A stretch of 63,882 nucleotides of DNA, counting the filler. It is 16 parts of 16 records of this genome, joined end to end, with 100 filler letters (N's around TTAATTAATTAA, not from the genome) between each part and the next. Parts side by side here need not be neighbours in the genome. Positions count along the whole stretch, not along the records: positions 47,635 to 52,783 come from SRR11831580_4628; positions 52,884 to 54,939 come from SRR11831580_4672; positions 55,040 to 60,089 come from SRR11831580_4689; positions 60,190 to 63,882 come from SRR11831580_4693; 12 more parts are not named here. One strand, 5' to 3'. Shown here one piece after another: positions 48,249-63,183 of this stretch. The first letter of the stretch is position 1, and each line of letters opens with the position of its first letter. A program made the translations under genes and the position numbers. The notes under the pieces were generated by a model, which saw only the letters and a list, made by a program, of their open reading frames with translations, was not told where the DNA came from and made no database searches.

Positions 48249-49715
48249 TCAGGAGCCCAGACGGTAGTTCGGGGACTCTTTAGTAATGGTCACGTCGTGA
48301 ACGTGGCTTTCCTGAATGCCCGCACCGCTGATACGTACAAACTCCGCTTTAGTACGCAGTTCGTCGATAGTACCACAGCCGGTCAGACCCATACAGGAGC
48401 GCAGGCCGCCCATCTGCTGGTGAATGATCTCTTTCAGGCGACCTTTATAGGCTACGCGACCTTCGATACCTTCCGGCACCAGTTTGTCGGCAGCGTTATC
48501 GCTCTGGAAATAACGGTCAGAGGAACCTTTGGACATCGCGCCCAGGGAACCCATACCACGGTAAGATTTGTAAGAACGGCCCTGGTAGAGTTCGATTTCA
48601 CCCGGAGATTCTTCAGTACCCGCCAGCATGGAACCTACCATCACCGCGCTTGCGCCAGCGGCGATAGCTTTGGCGATGTCGCCGGAGAAGCGAATACCGC
48701 CATCAGCGATAACCGGAATACCGGTGCCTTCCAGGGCTTCTACTGCGTCAGCAACAGCGGTAATCTGCGGAACACCGACGCCAGTCACGATACGAGTTGT
48801 ACAGATAGAGCCAGGGCCAATGCCGACTTTAACCGCACTGCAACCAGCTTCTGCCAGAGCGCGTGCACCTGCAGCTGTTGCCACGTTGCCGCCGATAATT
48901 TGCAGATCCGGATATTTAGCACGGGTTTCACGGATACGTTGCAGTACACCTTCTGAGTGACCGTGGGAGGAGTCGATCAGCAGAACGTCAACGCCTGCGG
49001 CAACCAGCGCGTCAACACGCTCTTCGTTACCCGCACCTGCGCCAACCGCTGCACCAACACGCAGACGGCCTTGCTCGTCTTTACAGGCGTTCGGTTTACG
49101 TTCCGCTTTCTGGAAGTCTTTCACGGTGATCATGCCGATCAGGTGGAATTCGTCATCAACCACCAGCGCTTTTTCAACGCGTTTTTCGTGCATTTTTGCC
49201 AGCACCACTTCACGGGCTTCACCTTCACGCACGGTGACCAGACGCTCTTTCGGCGTCATGTAAACGCTAACCGGCTGGTTCAGGTCGGTAACAAAACGCA
49301 CGTCACGACCGGTGATAATACCCACCAGTTCGTTTTCTTCGGTAACGACCGGATAGCCCGCAAAACCGTTACGCTCGGTCAGTTCTTTCACTTCGCGCAG
49401 CGTCGTGGTTGGCAGAACAGTCTGCGGATCAGTCACCACACCAGATTCGTGTTTTTTCACACGGCGAACTTCTTCTGCCTGGCGTTCAATGGACATGTTT
49501 TTGTGGATAAAGCCGATACCGCCTTCCTGAGCCAGAGCAATAGCCAGGCGCGCTTCCGTTACGGTATCCATTGCTGCGGAAAGCATAGGGATATTCAGAC
49601 GAATAGTTTTCGTCAGCTGGGTGCTGAGGTCAGCAGTATTCGGCAGAACGGTAGAGTGAGCAGGAACGAGGAGAACGTCGTCAAACGTCAGAGCTTCTTT
49701 AGCGATACGTAGCAT
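48249..49715 (-). CDS. guaB: IMP dehydrogenase
   Basis: [10 protein letters not shown] active site; CBS pair. Confidence 0.98.
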
Positions 49716-49768
49716 GGGCAATATCTCGACCAGAGTGGTTAATAAATATTGCCGCGGCATTATACAGA

Positions 49769-49784
49769 GCGTAACCGATTGCAT
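49769..49784. promoter_or_regulatory. PurR box overlapping the guaB promoter
   Basis: Minus strand ATGCAATCGGTTACGC; TATAAT at 49764-49759. Confidence 0.75.
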
Positions 49785-49846
49785 CTACCCCTTTTTGCAA
49801 AAAATGCTTGCTATCCCCGAAGGGCGGGTTACTATCGACTGAATAA

Positions 49847-51241
<1,395 letters not shown>

Positions 51242-51245
<4 letters not shown>

Positions 51246-51457
51246 GCCAGCACGAATTCAACGCGTTTTTTCGATATCAAGCCATGCCCGTGCTGACAGA
51301 AGTAATCTACTGCACCACAGGCTTTTAACACCTGCAACGGTTGATGGCAGTCTGGACAAAGAGCTTTCATTTCAATAAATTCCCCGCAGGATCGGCAACG
51401 CGCATGGCCGTTATCCTGATCAAGCACATGCTGACATTGTGGACAATGCAGTTCCAT
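51242..51457 (-). CDS. yfgJ: Zinc-ribbon protein YfgJ
   Basis: 71 aa with repeated CxxC motifs. Confidence 0.88.
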
Positions 51458-51526
51458 ATGAATTCCTCCGGTAGCCATTCCCTCTACATTCATAGAGGGA
51501 ATGGCAGATAAAATACTTACGGATAA

Positions 51527-52783
51527 TTATTTATTTTTCTTGATGTGCTTCATCAGACGCTTACGTTTACGCATCTGGGTTGGCGTCAGGGTGTTACGCT
51601 TATTCGCATACGGGTTTTCCCCTTCTTTGAACTGAATACGAATCGGCGATCCCATTACGTCCAGCGATTTGCGGAAGTAGTTCATCAAGTAGCGCTTGTA
51701 GGAATCAGGCAGGTCTTTCACCTGATTACCGTGAATCACCACAATCGGCGGGTTATAACCACCGGCGTGGGCATATTTCAGCTTCACACGACGACCGCGT
51801 ACCAGCGGCGGTTGGTGATCTTCAACAGCCATCGTCATGATGCGCGTCAGCATAGAGGTCCCCACACGACGGGTGGAGCTGTCATACGCTTCACGTACTG
51901 ATTCAAACAAGTTACCAACACCACTGCCGTGCAAGGCAGAGATAAAGTGCACACGAGCAAAATCGATAAAGCCCAGACGGAAGTCCAGCGTTTCTTTCAC
52001 CTGCTCTTTCACTTCCTGACTCAGGCCATCCCACTTATTCACCACAATGACAAGTGAGCGCCCACTATTGAGAATAAAGCCCAGCAGCGAGAGATCCTGA
52101 TCGGAAATACCTTCGCGCGCATCAATCACTAACATCACCACGTTGGCGTCTTCAATGGCCTGCAACGTTTTGATTACGGAGAATTTCTCTACAGCATCGG
52201 TGATTTTGCCGCGTTTACGTACGCCAGCGGTGTCAATGAGCACATACTCACGTCCATCGCGTTCCATTGGGATGTAGATGCTGTCACGCGTCGTGCCAGG
52301 CATGTCGTAAACAACAACGCGCTCTTCACCAAGAATACGGTTAGTGAGTGTAGACTTACCTACGTTCGGACGACCCACAATCGCCAGTTTGATCGGCAGA
52401 CTTTGCGGGTCGAAGTCGTCTTCCTCTTCTTCTTCGCCGTTCTCTTCCGCTTCAAATTGCGCCCAGTATTCAGCGTCTTCGTCGACTTCCTCTTGCGGTG
52501 CGAGATCTTCCATCCACGGCAGCAGCACATGCTCCAGCAGACTTAATACGCCACGACCGTGAGACGCGGCGATCGGGTAGATTTCACCTAAACCAAGCGA
52601 GTAGAAATCAACCACTGCCTGATCGGGATCCAGACCGTCAGTTTTGTTTGCCACCAGGAAGGTCGGTTTTTCACGGGAGCGCAGATGTTTGGCAATCGCT
52701 TCATCTGCCGGCATCAGGCCCGCGCGCGCATCCACCATAAACAGTACGACGTCCGCTTCTTCAATCGCCAGCAGCGACTGTTC
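51527..52783 (-). CDS. der: Ribosome biogenesis GTPase Der, 5'-truncated
   Basis: Tandem G domains ([20 protein letters not shown]) with acidic linker. Confidence 0.97.
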
Positions 52784-52883
52784 NNNNNNNNNNNNNNNNN
52801 NNNNNNNNNNNNNNNNNNNNNNNNNNNTTAATTAATTAANNNNNNNNNNNNNNNNNNNNNNNNNNNNNNNNNNNNNNNNNNNN

Positions 52884-54562
52884 CTAAAGTTCTTCACCCC
52901 CGCACCATTACCCCCATCGCCCAGTTCCAGATCCCTTGCCTGATTAAAAATACCGGAAATCCTCAAGCACCAGGTACGCTCATTGGTGCCAGCCGTGATG
53001 AAGACGAATTACCGGTCAAGGGCATTTCCAATCTGAATAACATGGCAATGTTCAGCGTTTCTGGTCCGGGGATGAAAGGGATGGTCGGCATGGCGGCGCG
53101 CGTCTTTGCAGCGATGTCACGCGCCCGTATTTCCGTGGTGCTGATTACGCAATCATCTTCCGAATACAGCATCAGTTTCTGCGTTCCACAAAGCGACTGT
53201 GTGCGAGCTGAACGGGCAATGCAGGAAGAGTTCTACCTGGAACTGAAAGAAGGCTTACTGGAGCCGCTGGCAGTGACGGAACGGCTGGCCATTATCTCGG
53301 TGGTAGGTGATGGTATGCGCACCTTGCGTGGGATCTCGGCGAAATTCTTTGCCGCACTGGCCCGCGCCAATATCAACATTGTCGCCATTGCTCAGGGATC
53401 TTCTGAACGCTCAATCTCTGTCGTGGTAAATAACGATGATGCGACCACTGGCGTGCGCGTTACTCATCAGATGCTGTTCAATACCGATCAGGTTATCGAA
53501 GTGTTTGTGATTGGCGTCGGTGGCGTTGGCGGTGCGCTGCTGGAGCAACTGAAGCGTCAGCAAAGCTGGCTGAAGAATAAACATATCGACTTACGTGTCT
53601 GCGGTGTTGCCAACTCGAAGGCTCTGCTCACCAATGTACATGGCCTTAATCTGGAAAACTGGCAGAAAGAACTGGCGCAAGCCAAAGAGCCGTTTAATCT
53701 CGGGCGCTTAATTCGCCTCGTGAAAGAATATCATCTGCTGAACCCGGTCATTGTTGACTGCACTTCCAGCCAGGCAGTGGCGGATCAATATGCCGACTTC
53801 CTGCGCGAAGGTTTCCACGTTGTCACGCCGAACAAAAAGGCCAACACCTCGTCGATGGATTACTACCATCAGTTGCGTTATGCGGCGGAAAAATCGCGGC
53901 GTAAATTCCTCTATGACACCAACGTTGGGGCTGGATTACCGGTTATTGAGAACCTGCAAAATCTGCTCAATGCAGGTGATGAATTGATGAAGTTCTCCGG
54001 CATTCTTTCTGGTTCGCTTTCTTATATCTTCGGCAAGTTAGACGAAGGCATGAGTTTCTCCGAGGCGACCACGCTGGCGCGGGAAATGGGTTATACCGAA
54101 CCGGACCCGCGAGATGATCTTTCTGGTATGGATGTGGCGCGTAAACTATTGATTCTCGCTCGTGAAACGGGACGTGAACTGGAGCTGGCGGATATTGAAA
54201 TTGAACCTGTGCTGCCCGCAGAGTTTAACGCCGAGGGTGATGTTGCCGCTTTTATGGCGAATCTGTCACAACTCGACGATCTCTTTGCCGCGCGCGTGGC
54301 GAAGGCCCGTGATGAAGGAAAAGTTTTGCGCTATGTTGGCAATATTGATGAAGATGGCGTCTGCCGCGTGAAGATTGCCGAAGTGGATGGTAATGATCCG
54401 CTGTTCAAAGTGAAAAATGGCGAAAACGCCCTGGCCTTCTATAGCCACTATTATCAGCCGCTGCCGTTGGTACTGCGCGGATATGGTGCGGGCAATGACG
54501 TTACAGCTGCCGGTGTCTTTGCTGATCTGCTACGTACCCTCTCATGGAAGTTAGGAGTCTGA
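52884..54562 (+). CDS. thrA: Aspartokinase I/homoserine dehydrogenase I, 3' part
   Basis: ACT domains; [16 protein letters not shown]. Confidence 0.97.
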
Positions 54563-54563
54563 C

Positions 54564-54939
54564 ATGGTTAAAGTTTATGCCCCGGCTTCCAGTGCCAATA
54601 TGAGCGTCGGGTTTGATGTGCTCGGGGCGGCGGTGACACCTGTTGATGGTGCATTGCTCGGAGATGTAGTCACGGTTGAGGCGGCAGAGACATTCAGTCT
54701 CAACAACCTCGGACGCTTTGCCGATAAGCTGCCGTCAGAACCACGGGAAAATATCGTTTATCAGTGCTGGGAGCGTTTTTGCCAGGAACTGGGTAAGCAA
54801 ATTCCAGTGGCGATGACCCTGGAAAAGAATATGCCGATCGGTTCGGGCTTAGGCTCCAGTGCCTGTTCGGTGGTCGCGGCGCTGATGGCGATGAATGAAC
54901 ACTGCGGCAAGCCGCTTAATGACACTCGTTTGCTGGCTT
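54564..54939 (+). CDS. thrB: Homoserine kinase, 5' part
   Basis: [14 protein letters not shown] motif. Confidence 0.97.
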
Positions 54940-55039
54940 NNNNNNNNNNNNNNNNNNNNNNNNNNNNNNNNNNNNNNNNNNNNTTAATTAATTAANNNNN
55001 NNNNNNNNNNNNNNNNNNNNNNNNNNNNNNNNNNNNNNN

Positions 55040-56449
55040 GAAAAAACCGCAGGAGAGTGGCATCCAGGCCATCGCGGAAGCCGTACGCAAACGCAACGAT
55101 CTGCTGTTTATTGTCGTTACCGATATGCAAAGTCTTCGCTACTCGCATCCTGAAGCCCAGCGTATTGGTCAGCCATTTAAAGGTGATGACATCCTTAAAG
55201 CGCTGAATGGCGAAGAAAATGTCGCTATCAATCGCGGTTTTCTGGCGCAGGCTTTACGCGTATTTACCCCCATCTACGATGAAAATCATAAACAAATTGG
55301 CGTGGTGGCGATCGGCCTTGAGTTAAGCCGTGTGACCCAACAGATCAATGACAGTCGCTGGAGCATTATCTGGTCGGTATTATTTGGCATGCTGGTCGGA
55401 CTGATTGGCACCTGCATTCTGGTTAAGGTACTGAAAAAATCCTTTTCGGCCTGGAACCCTACGAAATCTCCACGCTGTTTGAGCAACGCCAGGCCATGTT
55501 GCAGTCTATCAAAGAAGGCGTCGTTGCCGTGGACGATCGCGGCGAGGTCACGCTGATCAACGATGCCGCACAAGAATTGCTGAATTACCGTAAGTCGCAG
55601 GACGATGAGAAACTGTCGACGCTAAGCCACTCATGGTCACAGGTGGTAGATGTCTCGGAAGTGTTACGCGACGGTACCCCGCGCCGCGACGAAGAGATTA
55701 CGATTAAAGACCGGCTATTACTGATCAACACCGTTCCGGTGCGCAGTAATGGCGTTATCATCGGTGCCATTTCAACCTTCAGGGACAAAACTGAAGTACG
55801 TAAACTGATGCAGCGACTCGACGGTCTGGTCAACTATGCTGACGCACTTCGTGAACGATCCCACGAATTTATGAATAAATTGCATGTGATTCTCGGATTA
55901 TTGCATCTGAAGAGTTATAAGCAGTTGGAAGATTACATTCTCAAAACAGCCAATAACTATCAGGAAGAGATTGGCTCTCTGCTGGGTAAGATCAAATCTC
56001 CGGTTATCGCTGGTTTTTTAATCAGCAAGATTAACCGCGCGACCGATTTAGGCCATACGCTGATTTTAAACAGTGAAAGCCAGCTGCCAGACAGCGGCAG
56101 TGAGGACCAGGTCGCGACGCTGATTACCACGTTGGGAAATCTGATAGAAAACGCGCTGGAGGCATTAGGGCCGGAACCCGGAGGCGAAATTAGCGTAACA
56201 TTGCACTACCGTCACGGCTGGCTGCACTGTGAAGTTAATGATGATGGACCGGGGATCGCACCCGATAAAATCGATCACATTTTTGACAAAGGTGTCTCGA
56301 CAAAAGGAAGCGAGCGAGGCGTCGGTTTAGCACTTGTCAAACAACAGGTAGAAAATCTCGGCGGCAGCATCGCCGTGGAATCGGAACCCGGGATTTTCAC
56401 ACAATTTTTTGTCCAGATACCCTGGGACGGGGAGAGGTCGAACAGATGA
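55040..56449 (+). CDS. dcuS: Sensor kinase DcuS, 5'-truncated; apparent -1 frameshift
   Basis: Cache, PAS and kinase (HEFMNKL) domains; halves rejoin at the A6 run 55434-55439 (LKKILFGLEP). Confidence 0.93.
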
Positions 56450-57165
56450 TCAATGTATTAATTATCGATGACGACGCAATGGTCGCGGAGCTGAATCGCC
56501 GATACGTAGCACAAATCCCAGGCTTTCAATGCTGTGGAACAGCCTCGACGCTGGAGAAAGCCAAAGAGATTATCTTCAATAGCGATACGCCTATCGACCT
56601 GATATTGCTCGATATCTATATGCAAAAAGAGAACGGGCTCGATTTACTGCCTGTCCTGCATAACGCGCGTTGCAAAAGTGATGTGATTGTCATCTCCTCC
56701 GCAGCCGATGCGGCAACCATTAAAGATTCGCTGCATTACGGTGTCGTGGATTACCTGATCAAACCCTTCCAGGCTTCCCGCTTTGAAGAGGCGCTCACCG
56801 GCTGGCGGCAAAAGAAAATGGCGCTGGAAAAACATCAGTATTATGACCAGGCCGAGCTTGATCAGCTAATCCACGGCAGCAGCTCCAACGAACAGGATCC
56901 TCGTCGCTTGCCAAAAGGCTTAACGCCGCAGACGTTACGCACACTGTGCCAGTGGATTGACGCGCATCAGGACTATGAATTTTCAACCGACGAGCTAGCC
57001 AACGAGGTTAACATTTCGCGTGTTTCCTGCCGTAAATACCTCATCTGGCTGGTCAACTGCCACATCTTGTTCACCAGTATCCATTATGGCGTCACGGGGC
57101 GTCCAGTTTACCGTTACCGTATTCAGGCAGAACACTACTCACTACTGAAACAATATTGCCAATAA
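56446..57165 (+). CDS. dcuR: Response regulator DcuR
   Basis: CitB-family receiver plus HTH. Confidence 0.95.
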   Translation: MINVLIIDDDAMVAELNRRYVAQIPGFQCCGTASTLEKAKEIIFNSDTPIDLILLDIYMQKENGLDLLPVLHNARCKSDVIVISSAADAATIKDSLHYGVVDYLIKPFQASRFEEALTGWRQKKMALEKHQYYDQAELDQLIHGSSSNEQDPRRLPKGLTPQTLRTLCQWIDAHQDYEFSTDELANEVNISRVSCRKYLIWLVNCHILFTSIHYGVTGRPVYRYRIQAEHYSLLKQYCQ

Positions 57166-57735
57166 CGGATCGCTGGTTATCTGTAAGTAATAATTATTAC
57201 CGTAATGCAAAATACCCCTGACACAAGTTACATCCTTCATCAGTAAAACTTGTGCCAGATCAAATATAATTATCCCTCCATCATCGCTAAAAATTAATAT
57301 CTCTTCAGGTGAACGGTGTTTTTAATTTCAAAACGCTAACAAAAGTTAATTAACTATTATGTCACCCGCATTATGTGTATTTTTACCCACAAATGGGTAG
57401 ATCAGATTAATCTATAAACCTAATGACATCTGCCCTGAGAACAAAAAATAGACCGATAAATATCAATAAGATAACAGCAAACAAAACATTAACATCTGCG
57501 CAGTACAAACTATAAACCCATCGCCAGAGAGTCTTTCTCTCTGAAAAAGCCGCTTATCACAGTGCATAAATTTGCCGCTGCTTTAATCAGCCAATATTCA
57601 CTGTGAGGTATTTGCTAAAGCCGGTAACGACCAAACGGATATTTAGTCAGGCTCTGAAAACAGTTCATACAAAACAGAACGTGACTGTGATCTATTCAGC
57701 AAAAATTTAAATAGGATTATCGCGAGGGTTCACAC

Positions 57736-59076
57736 ATGTTATTTACTATCCAACTTATCATAATACTGATATGTCTGTTTTATGGTGCCAGAAAGGGTGG
57801 TATCGCGCTGGGTTTATTAGGCGGTATCGGTCTGGTCATTCTGGTCTTCGTCTTCCACCTTCAGCCAGGTAAACCACCAGTTGATGTCATGCTGGTTATC
57901 ATTGCGGTGGTGGCGGCATCGGCGACCTTGCAAGCTTCGGGCGGTCTTGATGTCATGCTGCAAATTGCCGAGAAGCTGCTGCGCCGCAACCCGAAATATG
58001 TCTCAATTGTCGCGCCGTTTGTGACCTGTACACTGACCATTCTTTGCGGTACGGGTCATGTGGTTTACACCATTCTGCCGATCATCTACGACGTCGCCAT
58101 TAAGAACAACATCCGTCCGGAACGTCCGATGGCGGCAAGTTCTATCGGTGCACAGATGGGGATTATCGCCAGTCCGGTGTCGGTTGCGGTCGTGTCTCTG
58201 GTTGCGATGCTGGGTAATGTCACCTTTGATGGTCGCCATCTTGAGTTCCTCGATCTGCTGGCAATCACCATTCCATCGACGTTAATCGGTATCCTGGCGA
58301 TCGGTATCTTCAGCTGGTTCCGCGGTAAAGATCTGGATAAAGACGAAGAGTTCCAGAAATTCATCTCCGTACCGGAAAACCGTGAGTATGTTTACGGTGA
58401 TACCGCGACGCTGCTGGATAAAAAACTGCCGAAAAGCAACTGGCTGGCAATGTGGATTTTCCTCGGGGCAATCGCTGTAGTCGCCCTTCTTGGTGCTGAT
58501 TCGGACCTGCGTCCATCCTTCGGCGGCAAACCGCTGTCGATGGTACTGGTTATTCAGATGTTTATGCTGCTGACCGGGGCGCTGATTATTATCCTGACCA
58601 AAACCAATCCCGCGTCTATCTCAAAAAACGAAGTCTTCCGTTCCGGTATGATCGCCATCGTGGCGGTGTACGGTATCGCATGGATGGCAGAAACCATGTT
58701 CGGTGCGCATATGTCTGAAATTCAGGGCGTACTGGGTGAAATGGTGAAAGAGTATCCGTGGGCCTATGCCATTGTTCTGCTGCTGGTTTCCAAGTTTGTA
58801 AACTCTCAGGCTGCGGCGCTGGCGGCGATTGTTCCGGTCGCGCTGGCGATCGGCGTTGATCCGGCATACATCGTGGCTTCAGCACCGGCTTGCTACGGTT
58901 ATTACATCCTGCCGACTTATCCGAGCGATCTGGCAGCGATTCAGTTTGACCGTTCCGGCACCACCCACATCGGTCGCTTCGTCATCAACCACAGCTTTAT
59001 TCTGCCGGGGTTGATTGGTGTGAGCGTATCGTGCGTCTTCGGCTGGATCTTCGCCGCGATGTACGGGTTCTTATAA
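57736..59076 (+). CDS. dcuB: Anaerobic C4-dicarboxylate antiporter DcuB
   Basis: Dcu family; between dcuR and fumB. Confidence 0.95.
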
Positions 59077-59153
59077 ATGCACTTTGCGTGCCGCCCGTGA
59101 CTACGCGGCACGCCATTTTCGAATAACAAATACAGAGTTACAGGCTGGAAGCT

Positions 59154-60089
59154 ATGTCAAACAAACCCTTTATCTACCAGGCACCTTTCCCGATGGGGAA
59201 AGACAATACCGAATACTATCTACTCACTTCCGATTACGTTAGCGTTGCCGACTTCGACGGCGAAACCATCCTGAAAGTGGAACCAGAAGCCCTGACCCTG
59301 CTGGCGCAGCAAGCCTTTCACGACGCTTCTTTTATGCTCCGCCCGGCACACCAGAAACAGGTTGCGGCTATTCTTCACGATCCAGAAGCCAGCGAAAACG
59401 ACAAGTACGTGGCGCTGCAATTCTTAAGAAACTCCGAAATCGCCGCCAAAGGCGTGCTGCCGACCTGCCAGGATACCGGCACCGCGATCATCGTCGGTAA
59501 AAAAGGCCAGCGCGTGTGGACCGGCGGCGGTGATGAAGAAACGCTGTCGAAAGGCGTCTATAACACCTATATCGAAGATAACCTGCGCTATTCACAGAAT
59601 GCGGCGCTGGACATGTACAAAGAGGTCAACACCGGCACTAACCTGCCTGCGCAAATCGACCTGTACGCGGTAGATGGCGATGAGTACAAATTCCTTTGCG
59701 TTGCGAAAGGCGGCGGCTCTGCCAACAAAACGTATCTCTACCAGGAAACCAAAGCCCTGCTGACTCCCGGCAAACTGAAAAACTTCCTCGTCGAGAAAAT
59801 GCGTACCCTCGGTACTGCAGCCTGCCCGCCGTACCATATCGCGTTTGTGATTGGCGGTACGTCTGCGGAAACCAACCTGAAAACCGTCAAGTTAGCAAGC
59901 GCTCACTATTACGATGAACTGCCGACGGAAGGGAACGAACATGGTCAGGCGTTCCGCGATGTCCAGCTGGAACAGGAACTGCTGGAAGAGGCCCAGAAAC
60001 TCGGTCTTGGCGCGCAGTTTGGCGGTAAATACTTCGCGCACGACATTCGCGTTATCCGTCTGCCACGTCACGGCGCATCCTGCCCGGTC
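59154..60089 (+). CDS. fumB: Fumarase B, 5' part
   Basis: Class I fumarase motifs CQDTG and KGGGS; follows dcuB. Confidence 0.95.
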
Positions 60090-60189
60090 NNNNNNNNNNN
60101 NNNNNNNNNNNNNNNNNNNNNNNNNNNNNNNNNTTAATTAATTAANNNNNNNNNNNNNNNNNNNNNNNNNNNNNNNNNNNNNNNNNNNN

Positions 60190-60762
60190 CGGCAGCTCGT
60201 CTTCTTTTTTCGCTTCTGGCAGGCCACCGGTCAACGTCCAGCTCCCTTGTGTCCAGCTATAGGCTTCTGCGGTGGTCACTTCTTTTGCCAGATCCATGCC
60301 ATTCAGACCTGGGAACGCGCGGGCTTTTTCTAACGCCAGCGCCGCATCCGGGTTATCGCCCGCGATAATGCAGCCATTCTGTGCGCCTTTCTCGCGCAGT
60401 AAACGCGTCAGCTTACGGGTATCGATATCGGCAATCGCCACGATGTTATGGCGTTTCAGGTAAGAAGAGAGGTCTTCGGTATTACGGAAGTTGCTGGCAA
60501 TCAGCGGCAGGTCGCGAATCACCAGACCTTGTGCATGTACCTGAGAAGATTCTTCATCGGCGTCATTGGTGCCGACATTGCCAATATGGGGATAAGTAAG
60601 AGTAACGATTTGACGAGAATAGGAAGGATCAGTGAGGATTTCTTGATAACCGGTCATTGAAGTATTGAAAACGACTTCCCCAACCGCCGAACCTGTTGCC
60701 CCTATGGCCCGACCGTGAAACTGGGTTCCGTCTTCCAGAACCAATAGCGCTGACTTAATCAA
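60190..60762 (-). CDS. carA: Carbamoyl-phosphate synthase small subunit, 5' part
   Basis: TTG start; [14 protein letters not shown]. Confidence 0.96.
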
Positions 60763-60772
60763 AACACCCTCC

Positions 60773-60811
60773 AGAGAATATTCACTCACTTTATTTGCAT
60801 ATTAATTCACA
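60773..60811. promoter_or_regulatory. Tandem ARG boxes at carA P2
   Basis: Minus strand TGTGAATTAATATGCAAA-3 nt-AGTGAGTGAATATTCTCT. Confidence 0.8.
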
Positions 60812-60982
60812 ATGATGACGTAAATCAATGCAAATCTGCTTACCGACGAATTTCTGGCAAACGGCGGCATTCTGGAGATATGGGCGCTAAAAGTCAACTT
60901 AATGGCGGGATTTTTTATATTATTTTGTGGCTCATGCATGTTTTACAGGCATTAAGCGACAAAAAGATCATCTAACCTGTTC

Positions 60983-60998
60983 TGGAAAACGCTTGCGC
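60983..60998. promoter_or_regulatory. PurR box upstream of carA
   Basis: Minus strand GCGCAAGCGTTTTCCA. Confidence 0.7.
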
Positions 60999-61038
60999 AG
61001 CAAGAAGATTGCATGAAATAAAAACGAGCAGAAAAAAG

Positions 61039-61054
61039 TGGACCAAATGGTCAA
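61039..61054. promoter_or_regulatory. RutR box upstream of carA
   Basis: TGGACCAAATGGTCAA versus TTGACCANNTGGTCAA. Confidence 0.8.
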
Positions 61055-61215
61055 AATTTACATTAAAACAACAAAAACAGAAGACAAAACATGTAATTTT
61101 TGGCACTTATAGACAATTTAAAAACATAACACCAAAATAAAAGGGCCAAAATTAAAGCCCTTTATAATCAATAAATTAAATGTGTTATTTTTGCACCATA
61201 ACAAATATTTTGTGG

Positions 61216-62052
<837 letters not shown>

Positions 62053-62203
62053 TTAATTTGCATAGACCGTTTTCAGAGTAACCAGCGCATCGCTACGCCG
62101 CCAGCCAAAAACGCTGATAATTAGAAATTAATGATAAACAGGGAGGGATATCAGTGAAAGGCATGAGTCGATGAATGACTGCATGCCAATAACATGTGAC
62201 AGG

Positions 62204-63118
62204 TTACGACGCCAGAGCCAGCACCTCAGCCACCCACTGCTGGAAGCCTTTCACATCCAGATCCAATGCCACCTGTACATTGGCTGGCTTGCCCAGGCAA
62301 CCGTCGATATCAACCACCGTCGTGCCTGAGGTAAATTCGCCCTGAGTTTCCACTGCCACAAAACAGGGTTTGAGAGTGAACAGGTCCGGGCGCACCAGCC
62401 AGGCGATGGCGCAGAGATCGTGCATTCGCAAGCCGCTTTGCATACTGCCGCTACGGTAGTGGCTAAACAGGGCGTGAAGCATTTTCCCGGTACGGTTTAA
62501 CTGCGGCAGTGTAGAGAGATAGTCAGGAGTTAATATTGCCTGATTGGTGACATCCAAACCGCACATGACGATTTCAATACCACTGCGGAAGACACAGGCA
62601 GCAGCTTCTGGATCGGCAGCAATATTAAACTCGGCGTTTGGCGTACAGTTGCCGCGTCCGGCAGAACCACCCATGATCACCAGACGGCGAATATACGGCT
62701 TGCATTCCGGGCATTGTGAAAGTAACAGCGCAATATTGGTTAACGGGCCGATGGCCACCAGGGTAACAGGCTCTGGTGCACGCATCAGGGCATCCCGAAT
62801 CGCCAGAAACGCCGGTATCCCGAGCGGCTTTCGGTTGTGCTCAACAAAGTCGTAGCCAGCCATTCCCGATTCGCCGTGCACAGATGCCGCATCACGCGGT
62901 GCGCGTACCAGTGGCACAGCGGCCCCTTGGGCGAGCGGAATCTCCGCATTCCAGAAATGCAGCAGTTGCAGGGCATTGCGGGTAGTTTTCTCAACCGAGA
63001 CATTACCCGCGACGGTGGTCATCAGTTGCAGGTCGAGTTCGGGTGCAAAAATCGCGGCGGCAATGGCGACGGCATCGTCAATGCCGGGGTCAGTATCGAG
63101 GAAGATAGGTAAACGCAT
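62204..63118 (-). CDS. rihC: Ribonucleoside hydrolase RihC
   Basis: DTDPGIDD motif; between ispH and dapB. Confidence 0.95.
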   Translation of the reverse strand: MRLPIFLDTDPGIDDAVAIAAAIFAPELDLQLMTTVAGNVSVEKTTRNALQLLHFWNAEIPLAQGAAVPLVRAPRDAASVHGESGMAGYDFVEHNRKPLGIPAFLAIRDALMRAPEPVTLVAIGPLTNIALLLSQCPECKPYIRRLVIMGGSAGRGNCTPNAEFNIAADPEAAACVFRSGIEIVMCGLDVTNQAILTPDYLSTLPQLNRTGKMLHALFSHYRSGSMQSGLRMHDLCAIAWLVRPDLFTLKPCFVAVETQGEFTSGTTVVDIDGCLGKPANVQVALDLDVKGFQQWVAEVLALAS

Positions 63119-63129
63119 GTTTTCTCCAT

Positions 63130-63159
63130 AAAAAATGCCGGTAACAAGACCGGCATTTT
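63130..63159 (-). terminator. Hairpin after ispH
   Basis: AAAATGCCGGT...ACCGGCATTTT. Confidence 0.7.
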
Positions 63160-63183
63160 CGCATAACTTAGGCTGCTAATGAC

